From Enterobacterales bacterium (GTDB taxonomy: Bacteria; Pseudomonadota; Gammaproteobacteria; Enterobacterales; Enterobacteriaceae), in NCBI GenBank assembly GCA_015655145.1, contig JAATFO010000066.1, positions 6,042-38,041 on the forward strand: a DNA stretch of 32,000 nucleotides, written 5' to 3'. Below the pieces are notes generated by a model. That model was not told where the DNA came from. It saw nothing but the letters and a program-made list of their open reading frames with translations, and ran no database searches. Made by a program: the position numbers and the translations under genes. How positions within the stretch are numbered: the stretch's first letter is position 1; each line of letters opens with the position of its first letter. This document shows positions 20,239 through 31,224 of this stretch, piece after piece.

Positions 20239-23200
20239 TTGAGCGCGGAAAATTTCACTCATTGACACTGATTAACTGGAATGGTTTTTTTGCGCGGACA
20301 TTTGACCTCGATAATCTGGTGACCACCCTGTCCGGGGGAAATGGTGCCGGTAAATCGACCACCATGGCGGCGTTTATCACGGCGTTAATCCCCGATTTAA
20401 CCCTCCTGCACTTCCGTAATACCACGGAAGCCGGTGCGACCTCAGGGTCACGTGATAAAGGGTTACACGGTAAGTTGCGTGCCGGTGTCTGTTATTCAAC
20501 GCTGGATGTGGTGAATTCCCGCCATCAACGGGTGATTGTCGGCGTACGCCTGCAGCAGGTCGCCGGGCGTGATAAAAAAGTCGATATTCGTCCTTTCAGT
20601 ATTCATGGTTTACCCGCGGCACTGAACCCGACAGAAATTCTGACCGAAACCGTCAATGCGCGTCAGGCGCGCGTACTGCCGTTGAATGAACTAAAAGATC
20701 GTCTTGAAGCGATGGAAGAGGTCCAGTTCAAACAGTACAACTCGATCATTGATTATCACGCGTTGATGTTTGAACTGGGTATTGTGCCGCGCCGCTTACG
20801 TTCTGCGGGCGATCGCAGCAAATATTATCGGCTGATTGAAGCCTCGCTCTACGGTGGGATTTCCAGCGCGATTACGCGCTCCCTGCGCGATTATTTACTG
20901 CCTGAAAACAGCGGCGTGCGTAAAGCTTTCCAGGATATGGAAGCCGCGTTGCGTGAAAACCGCATGACACTGGAAGCGATTCGCGTCACGCAGTCTGATC
21001 GTGATTTGTTCAAATATCTGATTTCCGAAGCGACCAGCTATGTCGCTGCCGATTATATGCGCCATGCCAATGAGCGGCGTATTCACCTTGATGATGCGCT
21101 GGCTCTGCGTAATGATCTGTTTTCCAGCCGCAAACAACTGGCGACGGAGCAATATCGACATATTGAGATGGCGCGTGAGCTGGCGGAACACACTGCCGCT
21201 GAAGATGACCTGGAAACGGATTATCAGGGCGCCAGCGATCACCTCAATTTGGTGCAGGCCGCCATGCGTCAACAGGAAAAAATTGAACGTTATGAGGCTG
21301 ATATCGACGAGCTGACCTATCGTCTGGAAGAGCAGACCGAAGTAGTGGCTGAAGCGCGTGATATTCAGGCGGCAAATGAAGAGCAAACTGAAGCCGCTGA
21401 ACTGGAAGTGGATGAACTCAAAAGCCAACTGGCTGATTACCAGCAGGCGCTGGATGTTCAGCAAACACGTGCGATTCAGTATCAACAGGCAATACAGGCG
21501 TTACAGCGTGCGCAGGCTATCTGTCATCGGCCCGACTTGTCGATAGAAAATGCTGAAGCATTACAGGAAACCCTCCAGGCGCAAGAGCAGGAAGCCACGG
21601 ATCATTTGCTGCAACTGGAACAAAAAATGAGTGTGGCGGAAGCGGCACATAGCCAGTTTGAGCAGGCTTTTGAATTAGTGAATAAAATAGCCGGGCCGGT
21701 CAGTCGTAGCCAGGCATGGCAGACGGGACGCGATTTACTGCGTGAGGCGGCCAGCCAACGCCATCATGCCGCACAACTGCCATCGTTGCGTGTGCGTCTG
21801 GCTGAAATGGAACAACGCCTGCGCGAACAAAAAGAGGCGGAGCGTTTACTCAGTGAGTTTTGTAAACGTCAGAATCGGCAATACGATGTACATGAGCTGG
21901 ACGCGTTGCAACGTGAACTGGATGCTCAAATTGACCAGTTGGCGCACAGTGTCGCTGATGCTGGTGAACGTCGTATGTTACTGCGCCAGGAGCTGGATCA
22001 ACTGCGTGAACGGATCAACGCCCTCACGGCGCGGGCGCCACACTGGCTGGCTGCGCAGGAAGTGCTGACACAATTGAGCGAGCAAGGCGGGCAGCCGCTG
22101 GAAAATAGCCAGCAGGTGACTGAATTCATGCAGCAGTTACTGGAGCGTGAGCGTGAAACCACGGTTGAGCGCGATGAAATCTCCGCCCGCAAGCGCGATA
22201 TTGAAAAGCAAATCGAGCGGATGAGCCAACCAGGCGGTGCGGAAGACGCGCGCCTGAACCTTCTGGCGGAACGGTTTGGCGGTGTACTGCTTTCTGAAAT
22301 CTATGACGATGTCACCCTTGATGATGCTCCTTACTTTTCGGCATTGTACGGCCCTTCGCGCCACGCCATTGTGGTGCCTGATTTATCGCTGGTGCGCGAA
22401 CTGCTTGATGGGCTGGAAGAGTGTCCGGAAGATCTTTATCTGATCGAAGGCGATCCGCAGTCGTTCGATGACAGCGTTCTTAATGTCGAAGAACTGGAAA
22501 AAGCGGTAGTAGTGAAAATCGCCGAACGCCAGTGGCGTTATTCACGTTTCCCCAAAGTGCCATTATTTGGGCGGGCCGCGCGCGAGAATCAGCTGGAACG
22601 ATTACGTGCCGAACGTGAGCAACTGGCCGGGACTTACGCGACATTGTCATTTGATGTACAAAAAACGCAACGTCTGCACCAGTCCTTTAGCCGCTTTATC
22701 GGCAGCCATCTGGCCGTGGTGTTCGAGGCTGATCCGGAAGAGCAAATCCGTCAGTTAACGGTGCGCCGCACGGAAATAGAACGCGCACTGAGTAACCATG
22801 AGAGTGAGAATCAACAGCAACGTCAGCAGTTTGAGCAGGCGAAAGACGGCGTCGCGCAGCTGAATCGTTTGTTGCCACGCATCAGTTTATTAACTGATGA
22901 GACATTACCGGATCGCTGTGAAGAATTGCGTGAATTGTTGGATGAAGCCCATGAAGCCTCACGTTTTATCCAGCAACATGATCATCATCTGCTCCGACTG
23001 GAGCCTGTGGTGGCGGTATTGCAAAACGATCCGCAGCAACACGAGAAATTAAAAGCCGATTACCAACAGGCACAGCAAGTACAACGTGACGCACGCCAGC
23101 AGGCCTTTGCTGTCACGGAAGTGGTGCAGCGTCGGGCGCATTTCGGTTATACCGATTCCGCAGGAATGCTGACCGGAACCAGTGATTTGAATGAAAAGCT

Positions 23201-24683
23201 GCGCCAGCGTCTTGAGCAAGCTGAAGGTGATCGCGCCCGCGCGCGCGAAAAATTACGCGCGCATCAGGCGCAGCTAACGCAGTATTCGCAGGTTCTCGCT
23301 TCGCTGAAGAGTACCTGTGAAGCCCGATGCGAAATGCTGAAAGAACTGCATCAGGAGATGCAAGATATCGGCGTACAAGCTGATGCCAGCGCGGAAGAAC
23401 GTGCTCGCCTGCGTCGGGATGAGCTGTACAGTGCCTTGAGCCACAACCGCACGCGTCGTAATCAACTGGAAAAACAGTTAACGTTCTGTGAAGCGGAAAT
23501 GGAGTCATTACAGAAGAAGCTGCGTCGGCTGGAACGTGATTATCAGCAAAATCGGGAGCAGGTCGTCAGTGCCAAATCAAGCTGGTGTACCGTGATGCGG
23601 CTGGTGAGAGATAATGGCGTCGAACGGCGTTTGCATCGCCGCGAACTGGCGTACATGAGTGGTGATGAACTGCGGTCCATGTCGGATAAGGCACTTGGCG
23701 CTTTGCGCCTGGCGGTCGCCGATAATGAACATTTGCGCGATATCTTGCGCCTGTCTGAAGATCCCAAACGCCCTGAGCGCAAAATCCAGTTTTTTATTGC
23801 TGTTTATCAACATTTGCGTGAACGCATCCGTCAGGACATTATCCGCACAGATGATCCGGTTGAAGCGATTGAACAGATGGAAATTGAGCTGGGACGTCTG
23901 ACCGAAGAGCTAACCGCGCGCGAGCAGATGCTGGCAATCAGTGCTTCCAGCGTATCAAATATTATCCGTAAGACCATTCAGCGTGAACAAAATCGCATTC
24001 GTCAGCTAAACCAGGGATTACAAAGTGTGAGCTTTGGTCAGGTACGCAGTGTGCGCCTTAATGTCAATGTACGTGAGACCCATGCCATGTTGTTGGATGT
24101 TCTCTCCGGGCAACATGAGCAACATCAGGATTTGTTTAACAGCCAACGTCTGACATTCTCTGAAGCGCTGGCGAAGCTTTATCAGCGACTGAATCCTCAG
24201 ATCGATATCGGACAACGCACACCGCAAACCGTGGGTGAAGAATTGCTCGACTACCGCAACTATCTGGAAATGGAAGTTGAAGTTAATCGCGGCTCTGATG
24301 GCTGGTTGCGTGCTGAAAGTGGCGCATTGTCTACCGGTGAAGCGATTGGTACCGGTATGTCGATTCTGGTGATGGTGATACAAAGTTGGGAAGAAGAATC
24401 CCGTCGACTTCGCGGTAAAGACATTTCACCGTGTCGCCTGCTGTTCCTTGATGAAGCCGCGCGTCTGGATGCTAAGTCGATTGCCACGCTGTTTGAACTG
24501 TGTGAACGGCTGGAGATGCAATTGATTATTGCCGCCCCAGAAAATATTAGCCCTGAAAAAGGAACGACCTATAAACTGGTCCGTAAAGTATTCCACAATA
24601 CGGAACATGTGCATGTGGTCGGATTAAGGGGATTCTCAGCGGAACACTCAACGGAACACAATTTGACGGACAGGCAAGGGTGA
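20235..24683 (+). CDS. mukB: Chromosome partition protein MukB (SMC-like condensin ATPase)
   Basis: The 1482-aa ORF has the N-terminal Walker [12 protein letters not shown], long Q/E/R/L-rich coiled coils, and the C-terminal head LSTGEAIG...[11 protein letters not shown]. It has an ATGA overlap with mukE. Confidence 0.97.
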   Translation: MIERGKFHSLTLINWNGFFARTFDLDNLVTTLSGGNGAGKSTTMAAFITALIPDLTLLHFRNTTEAGATSGSRDKGLHGKLRAGVCYSTLDVVNSRHQRVIVGVRLQQVAGRDKKVDIRPFSIHGLPAALNPTEILTETVNARQARVLPLNELKDRLEAMEEVQFKQYNSIIDYHALMFELGIVPRRLRSAGDRSKYYRLIEASLYGGISSAITRSLRDYLLPENSGVRKAFQDMEAALRENRMTLEAIRVTQSDRDLFKYLISEATSYVAADYMRHANERRIHLDDALALRNDLFSSRKQLATEQYRHIEMARELAEHTAAEDDLETDYQGASDHLNLVQAAMRQQEKIERYEADIDELTYRLEEQTEVVAEARDIQAANEEQTEAAELEVDELKSQLADYQQALDVQQTRAIQYQQAIQALQRAQAICHRPDLSIENAEALQETLQAQEQEATDHLLQLEQKMSVAEAAHSQFEQAFELVNKIAGPVSRSQAWQTGRDLLREAASQRHHAAQLPSLRVRLAEMEQRLREQKEAERLLSEFCKRQNRQYDVHELDALQRELDAQIDQLAHSVADAGERRMLLRQELDQLRERINALTARAPHWLAAQEVLTQLSEQGGQPLENSQQVTEFMQQLLERERETTVERDEISARKRDIEKQIERMSQPGGAEDARLNLLAERFGGVLLSEIYDDVTLDDAPYFSALYGPSRHAIVVPDLSLVRELLDGLEECPEDLYLIEGDPQSFDDSVLNVEELEKAVVVKIAERQWRYSRFPKVPLFGRAARENQLERLRAEREQLAGTYATLSFDVQKTQRLHQSFSRFIGSHLAVVFEADPEEQIRQLTVRRTEIERALSNHESENQQQRQQFEQAKDGVAQLNRLLPRISLLTDETLPDRCEELRELLDEAHEASRFIQQHDHHLLRLEPVVAVLQNDPQQHEKLKADYQQAQQVQRDARQQAFAVTEVVQRRAHFGYTDSAGMLTGTSDLNEKLRQRLEQAEGDRARAREKLRAHQAQLTQYSQVLASLKSTCEARCEMLKELHQEMQDIGVQADASAEERARLRRDELYSALSHNRTRRNQLEKQLTFCEAEMESLQKKLRRLERDYQQNREQVVSAKSSWCTVMRLVRDNGVERRLHRRELAYMSGDELRSMSDKALGALRLAVADNEHLRDILRLSEDPKRPERKIQFFIAVYQHLRERIRQDIIRTDDPVEAIEQMEIELGRLTEELTAREQMLAISASSVSNIIRKTIQREQNRIRQLNQGLQSVSFGQVRSVRLNVNVRETHAMLLDVLSGQHEQHQDLFNSQRLTFSEALAKLYQRLNPQIDIGQRTPQTVGEELLDYRNYLEMEVEVNRGSDGWLRAESGALSTGEAIGTGMSILVMVIQSWEEESRRLRGKDISPCRLLFLDEAARLDAKSIATLFELCERLEMQLIIAAPENISPEKGTTYKLVRKVFHNTEHVHVVGLRGFSAEHSTEHNLTDRQG

Positions 24684-24691
24684 GCATTTTT

Positions 24692-24799
24692 CGCTAAGCT
24701 ACGTGGTTCAGTGAGTGGGGTAACCCCGGCCCACCAGGACGAGGCGCAGAGCGAAAGTAAGTAACGTGCACACTGGCAACTTGAAGTATGGCGAGTATA
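24692..24799. repeat. ERIC/IRU-like intergenic repeat, copy 1 (apparently truncated or diverged at its left side)
   Basis: The right arm cactggcaacttgaagtatggcgagtata closely resembles the ERIC terminal arm as I remember it (...CACATGCAACTTGAAGTATGACGAGTATA). Upstream, aagtaagtaac resembles the ERIC core AAGTAAGTGAC. taagctacgtggttcag resembles TAAGCTCCTGGGGATTCAC. This was compared from memory only. Confidence 0.45.
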
Positions 24800-24812
24800 A
24801 GTGATATTAATC

Positions 24813-24940
24813 TATACTTGACTTGGTGTTGCGTTACAGGACGTTGGAAAGCGGGCGTATTACGATGAGTTTACTCAGTCCAGTGATGTGGATGAACACC
24901 TACCGCCAACGCCCGGGCAAGGTAAAAAAAGGCGGGTATA
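24813..24940. repeat. ERIC/IRU-like intergenic repeat, copy 2 (about 128 bp, bounded by TATAC...GTATA)
   Basis: The left arm tatacttgacttggtgttgcgttac and the right arm gccaacgcccgggcaaggtaaaaaaaggcgggtata are mutually inverted. They are collinear with the ERIC arms (..TTCAAGTTGCATGTGCGTTGG.. / GCCAACGCACATGCAACTTGAAGTATGACGAGTATA). The 128-bp length fits the roughly 127-bp ERIC unit. The central part is poorly conserved. Confidence 0.4.
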
Positions 24941-24946
24941 ACCAAT

Positions 24947-24985
24947 GGCATTTGCGCGGCAAGAAGCAAATGCCGTTTTTCGTTT
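24947..24985 (+). terminator. Rho-independent terminator, probably the true end of the cmoM-mukFEB transcript
   Basis: A perfect 9-bp stem ggcatttgc / gcaaatgcc has a 10-nt loop and is followed by gtttttcgttt. It lies 264 bp after the mukB stop and about 75 bp before the ldtD start. Confidence 0.75.
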
Positions 24986-25058
24986 GTATACTGATTACAA
25001 TAAATAAGGCTCGACGGGTTCCCTTTCATTCCGTCTGGCATGACTTATGGAGCAGGGG

Positions 25059-26873
25059 ATGTTGCTGGCAAATTTTTTTTCGTTGAAAAAAATGACACTG
25101 GCGTGTGTTGTCGCGTCCAGCTTCGTTCATATGTATAGCGCGTATGCCGACACAATCATGTCATCTGCGGCATTGTCCACCAGTAACGTAATGACCGCGA
25201 GGCAAAGTCAGGAACAAATTCTCGCGTCATTACCCTCGGGGGATAAGCCGTTTTATTTAAGTTCGCTGGCGACAATCTATGCCGCGCGTCAGATGCAGCC
25301 GGTGTGGCAAGAACGGACCGCAGTGCAGTATTTTCAACAACAACTGGCGGAAGTGGCTATCTCGGGCGTGCAGCCACAATTTACACAATGGGTAAAGCAA
25401 CTGACTGATCCGGCAATTACCGGACTGGCCCGGGATATTGTGCTGTCGGATGCGATGCTCGGTTATTTGCAATTTGTGATTAGCGTGCCAACGCAGGGCG
25501 AAAATTGGTTATACAGTAATGTCCCTTATAAAATGACGGCGCCCGCGCTGGCAGTAATTAATCGCTGGCAATCGGCAGTCAATGCAGGTAAGCAGTCAGC
25601 CTTTGTTGCTTCTCTCATACCTCAGCATCCGCAATATGCCCGGATGCATGACGCGTTAAAAAAACAGTTAGCTGACAATCGGCCATGGCCACAACTTATT
25701 GACAAGCAGTCGTTACGCCCGGGACAAATAAGTCAGGATATCCCGGCGCTCCATGAGATTCTGCAACGTTCCGGGATGCTAAGTGATGGCTCTCCTGATG
25801 CGAAGCCGACAACCGATGTGGCGCTGATCGCAACGCAGCAGCCAGTCAGCGGCGATCCTCCGGTAGCAATCAGTCCTTCGGCCACCAATGTGGGCGATTT
25901 ACCCACCAATACGCCTGAGGATCCTGGCAATGTGGCGCCAGCACAATCGGTGACCACCAGTGACAATGTTTATGATAGTGCTATGGTGGAAGCGGTAAAA
26001 CGCTTCCAGCGCTGGCAAGGGCTGGAGTCTGATGGGGTTATTGGTGCGCGTACTCGCGAATGGTTGAATGCTTCCCCGCAAATACGCGCGTCATTGCTGG
26101 CACTGAATATCCAGCGTTTACGTTTGCTGCCTGATGATATGCACAACGGTATTATGGTGAACATCCCGAATTATTCGTTGATTTATTATGCCAATGGTGC
26201 AGAGATCCTGTCGTCGCGGGTCATTGTCGGGCGACCTGACCGCAAAACACCGTTGATGCGTAGCGCACTAAATAACGTGGTACTGAATCCACCGTGGAAT
26301 GTTCCCACTACCCTGGTGCGACAGGATATTATCCCGAAGGTCAAACAAGATCCGACTTACCTCTATAAACATGGTTACACGTTGTATTCGGGCTGGAGCA
26401 GTGATGCCGAAGTTATCGATCCCGCCGTCATTGACTGGAGAATGGTGTCAGCGGCGTCATTTCCGTATCGCGTACGCCAGGCTCCGGGAGCCAGCAATTC
26501 CCTGGGCCGTTATAAATTTAATATGCCAAGTTCAGATGCAATCTATCTGCATGATACGCCAAACCATAATCTGTTCCAGAAAGACATCCGTGCATTGAGT
26601 TCCGGTTGTGTGCGGGTGAATAAAGCCGCTGATTTAGCGAATTTATTGTTGCAGGATGCGGGCTGGGATGGCATGCGTATTTCCGGCACGCTGAAGGAAG
26701 GCAATACCCGTTATGTTGCCATTCGTCATCGTATCCCGGTGAATCTCTATTATCTCACTGCATGGGTTGCTGATGATGGTAAGCCACAATTCAGAACAGA
26801 TATTTACAATTATGATGCTACTGCGCGTTCCGGCGCCCAGGTGCAAATCAATGCGGAGAAATTACTGCTCTAG
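25059..26873 (+). CDS. ldtD: L,D-transpeptidase LdtD (YcbB), forms 3-3 peptidoglycan cross-links
   Basis: The ORF spans 25047..26873. The ATG at 25059 (MLLANFF...SAYA signal peptide) has ggag 6 nt upstream and resembles the E. coli MLL... start. A PG-binding domain ([20 protein letters not shown]) and a YkuD catalytic motif (HDTPNHNLF...LSSGCVRV) are present. Confidence 0.9.
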   Translation: MLLANFFSLKKMTLACVVASSFVHMYSAYADTIMSSAALSTSNVMTARQSQEQILASLPSGDKPFYLSSLATIYAARQMQPVWQERTAVQYFQQQLAEVAISGVQPQFTQWVKQLTDPAITGLARDIVLSDAMLGYLQFVISVPTQGENWLYSNVPYKMTAPALAVINRWQSAVNAGKQSAFVASLIPQHPQYARMHDALKKQLADNRPWPQLIDKQSLRPGQISQDIPALHEILQRSGMLSDGSPDAKPTTDVALIATQQPVSGDPPVAISPSATNVGDLPTNTPEDPGNVAPAQSVTTSDNVYDSAMVEAVKRFQRWQGLESDGVIGARTREWLNASPQIRASLLALNIQRLRLLPDDMHNGIMVNIPNYSLIYYANGAEILSSRVIVGRPDRKTPLMRSALNNVVLNPPWNVPTTLVRQDIIPKVKQDPTYLYKHGYTLYSGWSSDAEVIDPAVIDWRMVSAASFPYRVRQAPGASNSLGRYKFNMPSSDAIYLHDTPNHNLFQKDIRALSSGCVRVNKAADLANLLLQDAGWDGMRISGTLKEGNTRYVAIRHRIPVNLYYLTAWVADDGKPQFRTDIYNYDATARSGAQVQINAEKLLL

Positions 26874-26893
26874 TTATTGATTATTAAATTACT

Positions 26894-26929
26894 CTTACTG
26901 GCCACGCGCTTGTGCGTGCGGCCAGTAAG
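26894..26929 (+). terminator. Strong hairpin downstream of ldtD (terminator-like, no clear T-tract)
   Basis: cttactggccacgc pairs with gcgt(gc)ggccagtaag, about 14 bp with a 2-nt bulge and loop gcttgt. It begins 21 bp after the ldtD stop. It is followed by atgagtaaataaa, which is not U-rich, so function is uncertain. Confidence 0.45.
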
Positions 26930-27060
26930 ATGAGTAAATAAACAACTATTTTCACAGACTGACACTTTCATGGGTTGACGTTATCTTATCTCGCGGTTAA
27001 GGTTCGGCTTTGTGTACTTTTTGCACGTATTTTGATTTTTTTCTTAGGTAAATGCACTTC

Positions 27061-27609
27061 ATGGATAAATTTGATTCACAACGTCGGAAATTGCTGGCGC
27101 TGGGTGGGGCTATTATTAGTACCGCTTTGCTCCCCAGTCAGGCTTTTGCTTCTTTATCGACGTCACGCCCTCGCATACTGACCCTGAATAATCTCAACAC
27201 AGGAGAAACACTTAAAACGGAATTTTTTAACGGGACTCGCTACGACAAGAACGAGCTGGCGCTGTTGAATCATTTTTTCCGCGATTATCGCGCAAATAAA
27301 GTCAAAAACATCGATCCGAAATTATTTGATCATCTCTATATTTTACAGGCCATGCTGGGAACGCGTAAGCCTGTACAACTGATCTCCGGCTATCGTACGC
27401 TGGCAACCAATAATCAACTGCGCGCGCGCAGTAAGGGTGTGGCGAAACACAGTTATCACACTTTGGGCCAGGCGATGGATTTTCATATTGACGGCATTTC
27501 GCTGAACAATATTCGCAAAGCCGCATTAAATATGCGCTCGGGTGGGGTAGGATATTACCCGGACAGTAATTTTGTGCATATTGATACGGGCCCGATAAGG
27601 CAATGGTAG
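27061..27609 (+). CDS. mepK: Peptidoglycan L,D-endopeptidase MepK (YcbK), Tat-exported M15-family peptidase
   Basis: MDKFDSQRRKLLALGG carries a twin-arginine signal, and the gene ends GGVGYYPDSNFVHIDTGPIRQW. The 182-aa length matches my recollection of E. coli. The ORF-track start at 27052 (MHFMDKF) is an alternative. Confidence 0.9.
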   Translation: MDKFDSQRRKLLALGGAIISTALLPSQAFASLSTSRPRILTLNNLNTGETLKTEFFNGTRYDKNELALLNHFFRDYRANKVKNIDPKLFDHLYILQAMLGTRKPVQLISGYRTLATNNQLRARSKGVAKHSYHTLGQAMDFHIDGISLNNIRKAALNMRSGGVGYYPDSNFVHIDTGPIRQW

Positions 27610-27659
27610 GTCAGTCAGATAAACGCCGGCAGTGTGTCTTCGCCGGGTAACGGAGCATT

Positions 27660-28289
27660 ATGGATTATCACATTATTCCCGTGACGGCATTCTCGCAGAA
27701 CTGTTCGTTGATTTGGTGTTCAGAAACACGTCAGGCGGCGTTAGTGGATCCCGGCGGCGATGCGGAGCGGATTAAACATGCCGTAAGTCAGCAGAATGTG
27801 GATGTTGTGCAAATTTTGCTGACGCATGGCCATCTTGATCATGCTGGCGCAGCGGCTGAGATGGCGGCGCATTATGGTGTGCCGATTATTGGGCCGCAAA
27901 AGCGAGATGCATTTTGGCTGGAGGGTTTGCCGGCACAAAGTAAGATGTTTGGTTTAGCGACGTGCCCACCACTGACACCGGATCGCTGGCTTGAGGAGGG
28001 GGACCATGTCCAGTTAGGCCATGTGGACCTTGATGTCTTGCATTGTCCGGGTCATACGCCAGGTCATATTGTATTTTTTGATCGCGTCGGGCGCTTGTTG
28101 GTTTCCGGTGATGTCATTTTTAATGGTGGAGTGGGGCGCAGTGATTTCCCTCAGGGAAGCCATCACGACTTGATCAATTCCATCAGGGATAAATTATTGC
28201 CGCTGGGTGACGATGTGATGTTTATTCCTGGCCACGGGCCGATGTCTACACTTGGCCATGAACGCCTGACCAATCCCTTCCTGCAGTAA
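27660..28289 (+). CDS. gloC: Metallo-beta-lactamase-fold hydroxyacylglutathione hydrolase GloC (YcbL)
   Basis: The 209-aa ORF reads [20 protein letters not shown]..., with the THGHLDH metal motif and HCPGHTPGH. It is collinear with E. coli YcbL. acggag lies upstream. Confidence 0.9.
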   Translation: MDYHIIPVTAFSQNCSLIWCSETRQAALVDPGGDAERIKHAVSQQNVDVVQILLTHGHLDHAGAAAEMAAHYGVPIIGPQKRDAFWLEGLPAQSKMFGLATCPPLTPDRWLEEGDHVQLGHVDLDVLHCPGHTPGHIVFFDRVGRLLVSGDVIFNGGVGRSDFPQGSHHDLINSIRDKLLPLGDDVMFIPGHGPMSTLGHERLTNPFLQ

Positions 28290-28290
28290 A

Positions 28291-28323
28291 AAAGTAAAAA
28301 CGCAGCCCAAAAGGCTGCGTTTG
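28291..28323. terminator. Bidirectional intrinsic terminator between convergent gloC and aspC
   Basis: A 10-bp stem aaacgcagcc / ggctgcgttt has loop caaaa. It is flanked by an A-run on the + side, which gives a long U-tract for the minus-strand aspC transcript, and by ttt on the other side. Confidence 0.8.
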
Positions 28324-28345
28324 CATACCCATTGCGAAGCTGTCT

Positions 28346-29539
28346 TTATGCCAGAACAGCGACAATGGCTTCACACAGTGGGGCCATGTTATCGGGTGTC
28401 ATTCCGGCGACATTCACACGACCTGAGTTCACCGCATACACGCCGAATTCATCACGCAGGCGAATCACCTGATCTTTGTTTAGCCCGCTAAATGAGAACA
28501 TGCCATTCTGCCTGATAATAAAACTAAAATCGCGATTGGCCCCTTTCTCTTGTAGCGTGTTGACGAACAACTGTCGCATGCGTTGAATGCGTTGGCGCAT
28601 ATCGGTCAGCTCTTGCTGCCAGATTGCCCGCAGCGCCTTGTTGCCCAAAATGGTTGCAACCACAGCGGCGCCGTGTGCTGGCGGATTAGAATAATTAGCG
28701 CGGATGGTGTATTTCACCTGGCTGAATGCGGTATCGCTGATCGCGGCATCGTTAGCCACCAGCGTAAATGCGCCGACACGTTCATTATAGAGGCCAAAGT
28801 TTTTCGAATAGGAGCTGGCGACGAGCAATTCTTTATGGCTGGCAACAAAAATACGCAGGCCTTCTGCATCCTCTTCCAGACCGCGCGCAAAGCCCTGATA
28901 GGCAAAATCGAACAGCGGCAGCCAGCCGCTGGCCAGCGATAATTCAGCCAATTGCGCCCATTGCTCTGCGGTTGGATCGATCCCGGTGGGATTGTGGCAG
29001 CAGCCGTGGAACAGCACGACATCGCCCGCTTTAGCGGCTTGCAGGCTGGCCAACATGCCGGCAAAATCCAGTTGATGATTTTCAGCATCATAATACGCGT
29101 ATTCACACACTTCCAGTCCGGCGGCTTGAAAGACATTTTTATGATTCGGCCAGCTTGGATTGCTTACCCAGATACGTTTAGCGCCGGCTTGTGAGGCGAG
29201 AAAATCGGCCGCAACGCGCAATGCGCCTGTGCCGCCCGGGGTTTGCGCGGTACGTGCCCGTCCGGCGGTAATGACCGGGTTATCTTTACCAAACAGTAGC
29301 GCCTGAGTGCAACGGGCAAAGTCAGCCAGGCCATCAATGCTCAGGTAGTTTTTGCTGGTTTCGTTTTCCAGCAGGAATTGTTCTGCTTTTTTAACACTGG
29401 TCAATACGGGTGTATTGCCGGTTTCATCTTTGTAGACACCAATCCCAAGGTTGATTTTATTAGGGCGGTCATCGGCGCGGAAAAGATCGGCTAAGCCAAG
29501 AATAGGATCGGCAGGTGCCGCAATAATATGTTCAAACAT
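28346..29539 (-). CDS. aspC: Aspartate aminotransferase
   Basis: The 397-aa ORF ([26 protein letters not shown]...[14 protein letters not shown]...[12 protein letters not shown]) is collinear with E. coli AspC. Confidence 0.97.
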   Translation of the reverse strand: MFEHIIAAPADPILGLADLFRADDRPNKINLGIGVYKDETGNTPVLTSVKKAEQFLLENETSKNYLSIDGLADFARCTQALLFGKDNPVITAGRARTAQTPGGTGALRVAADFLASQAGAKRIWVSNPSWPNHKNVFQAAGLEVCEYAYYDAENHQLDFAGMLASLQAAKAGDVVLFHGCCHNPTGIDPTAEQWAQLAELSLASGWLPLFDFAYQGFARGLEEDAEGLRIFVASHKELLVASSYSKNFGLYNERVGAFTLVANDAAISDTAFSQVKYTIRANYSNPPAHGAAVVATILGNKALRAIWQQELTDMRQRIQRMRQLFVNTLQEKGANRDFSFIIRQNGMFSFSGLNKDQVIRLRDEFGVYAVNSGRVNVAGMTPDNMAPLCEAIVAVLA

Positions 29540-29774
29540 GTCGGAGGTCCGTAAGCTTTATCTAAAGCAATATGAAGAATCAGGTTAACGCCAGAACACG
29601 CAAATGCCAACCGTTTGCGAGAAAAAGAACACCTGATCTCTACCCGCCATCTTTCACCCCGGCATTGGGTGGGTGTGCTATGCGATCCCCTTTCTTAGCA
29701 TTCACGAAGATAGTGAGAATGCATACGCTTGCCATGGTGCTGCAAGATAAAATTTATTGGTTATGATGGCAATC

Positions 29775-29809
29775 AACAAAAACAAAAACGGGACCGAAGT
29801 CCCGTTTTA
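29775..29809 (-). terminator. Rho-independent terminator of ompF
   Basis: The minus-strand transcript reads aaaacgggac-uucg-gucccguuuu followed by uguuuuuguug. It lies about 40 nt after the ompF stop. Confidence 0.85.
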
Positions 29810-29849
29810 TCGATTCACCCGAGCACGATACACGGCTCTGGTCGTACGA

Positions 29850-30926
29850 TTAGAACTGATAAACCAGACCAACCGCTACGATATCGTCCGTGTTCAGACC
29901 CAGTGGATTGTCATCATTCAACTGGTTGATACGGTAATCTACGTAAGTAGACATATTTTTGTTGAAGTAATAGGTAGCGCCAACATCAATGTATTTGTAC
30001 AGATCTGCATCACCGATACCTTCGATGTCTTTACCTTTGGACTGTACATAGGCCAGAGACGGACGCAGGCCGAAGTCAAACTGATACTGTGCGATCACTT
30101 CAAAGACTTGTGATTTATTCGCAAAGCCTTCATTGCCTGCAGCATCAGAAATGTAAGTTGCATTACGGGTTTCACCGTACAACGCGGCCAGGTAGACATT
30201 GTTAGCATCATATTTCAATGCAGTTGACCACTGCTGCGCTTTATCTCCGCGACCATAAGCGGCTGAATTCTGCAAGTTGGTGCGGTCACTTTCAGCATAA
30301 GCGCCTACGATAGCAACGCCGATCGGTGAAGTGTAAGTGGAGGAAAGACCCCAGCCATCACCATTCGCGCGCTGGATATCGCTACGTTCATTTTTGCCCT
30401 GATACTGTACAGCAAAGTCCCAACCGTCAACCAGACCGAAGAAGTTGGTGTTACGGTAGGTTGCTACGCCTGAAGTACGTCCAGCCATGAAGTTATCAGA
30501 ATATCCTGAATCACCACCGAATTCTGGCATCATATCGGTCCAGCCGATAGCGTCATACACCACGCCGTAGTTACGGCCGTAGTCAAATGAACCGAGGTCG
30601 GCAAATTTCAAACCTGCGAAGCCCAGACGCGTTTTGTTACCAGACTGAGCGTCACTACCACCTTCAGTATGGTTGACCTGAACGTTGTATTCCCACTGAC
30701 CGTAACCGGTCAACTGGTCAGTAATTTGTGTTTCACCCTTGAAACCAAAACGAATATAAGACTGATCACCATCAGAACCATCATCGTCAGAAAAATAGTG
30801 CAAACCGTCAACTTTACCGTAAAGATCAAGTTTGTTGCCGTCTTTATTATAGATTTCTGCTGCATTAGCCGCCCCGGCAGCTAACAGAGCAGGGATAACC
30901 ACTGCCAGAATATTGCGCTTCATCAT
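29850..30926 (-). CDS. ompF: General diffusion porin, OmpF ortholog by sequence and position
   Basis: The 358-aa ORF has signal peptide [22 protein letters not shown], then [16 protein letters not shown], and a C-terminal ...VAVGLVYQF beta-barrel signature. It lies between aspC and asnS with an E. coli-like promoter and leader. Confidence 0.9.
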   Translation of the reverse strand: MMKRNILAVVIPALLAAGAANAAEIYNKDGNKLDLYGKVDGLHYFSDDDGSDGDQSYIRFGFKGETQITDQLTGYGQWEYNVQVNHTEGGSDAQSGNKTRLGFAGLKFADLGSFDYGRNYGVVYDAIGWTDMMPEFGGDSGYSDNFMAGRTSGVATYRNTNFFGLVDGWDFAVQYQGKNERSDIQRANGDGWGLSSTYTSPIGVAIVGAYAESDRTNLQNSAAYGRGDKAQQWSTALKYDANNVYLAALYGETRNATYISDAAGNEGFANKSQVFEVIAQYQFDFGLRPSLAYVQSKGKDIEGIGDADLYKYIDVGATYYFNKNMSTYVDYRINQLNDDNPLGLNTDDIVAVGLVYQF

Positions 30927-31020
30927 TTTATTACCCTCATTGGAGTTATTTGGACACCTGCCACTGCCGTCAATAATCCTTTACAGAACTATGAAGAGAG
31001 TTTGGTGTCTTTCTGTGTCT
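30927..31020 (-). promoter_or_regulatory. ompF 5' UTR including the conserved MicF-pairing / translation initiation region
   Basis: The minus strand reads ...attgacggcagtggcaggtgtc...atgagggtaataaaATGatgaagcgcaatattctggcagtg. This is nearly the same as the E. coli ompF leader I recall (AUUGACGGCAGUGGCAGGUGUC...AUGAGGGUAAUAAAUAAUGAUGAAGCGC). The inferred -10 aaagat (31027-31032) and a TSS near 31020 come from alignment to GGAATGGAAAGATGCCTGCAGACAC. Confidence 0.6.
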
Positions 31021-31060
31021 GCACGCATCTTTCCATTCCAGGCCGGCTAATTCTACTCCG

Positions 31061-31120
31061 AAAATGCTACTAATATAGTAATCTAGTATCAAAAAGAAAC
31101 AATATGTAACAATTTGTAAA
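31061..31120 (-). promoter_or_regulatory. OmpR-binding boxes F1-F2-F3 of the ompF promoter
   Basis: The minus strand shows three 20-bp units. F1 is tttacaaattGTTACATATT (31120-31101), F2 is gTTTCTTTTTGAtACtAgAT (31100-31081) and F3 is tacTATatTaGTAGCAtTTT (31080-31061). They align with E. coli F1 TTTACTTTTGGTTACATATT, F2 TTTTCTTTTTGAAACCAAAT and F3 CTTTATCTTTGTAGCACTTT as I recall them. They span about -41 to -100 from the inferred TSS. Confidence 0.6.
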
Positions 31121-31158
31121 AATAACGGAACTTTGTGAGACAACTCATAATTTATAAC

Positions 31159-31187
31159 AATAAAAAAAGGCCAACCTGGTTGACCTT
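31159..31187 (-). terminator. Rho-independent terminator of asnS
   Basis: The minus-strand RNA reads aaggucaa-ccagg-uuggccuu (8-bp stem including one G-U pair) followed by uuuuuauu. It lies about 37 nt after the asnS stop. Confidence 0.7.
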
Positions 31188-31224
31188 GTTATATATATGA
31201 ATTTCTTATGTTTAATGCTGAAAA

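Noticed and set aside
24823-25086. 87-aa ORF (+) in the mukB-ldtD spacer, and the related idea of an independent sRNA ending at the 24947-24985 terminator.
   Set aside because: The ORF reads straight through ERIC-like copy 2 and the terminator hairpin, overlaps the ldtD start out of frame, and lacks a convincing RBS.

A possible extended -10 (tgatattaa, about 24802-24810) with ttgaag 18 bp upstream could drive a transcript of roughly 170 nt. It lies within repeat sequence. The simpler reading is that the terminator ends the mukB mRNA. Only transcript mapping could revive the sRNA idea.
29572-30113. Small ORFs (64, 66 and 118 aa, +) in the aspC-ompF spacer and antisense to the ompF 3' end.
   Set aside because: They have no SD. 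They cross the ompF terminator hairpin or run antisense to the porin gene. The spacer is better explained as the aspC promoter region plus the ompF terminator.
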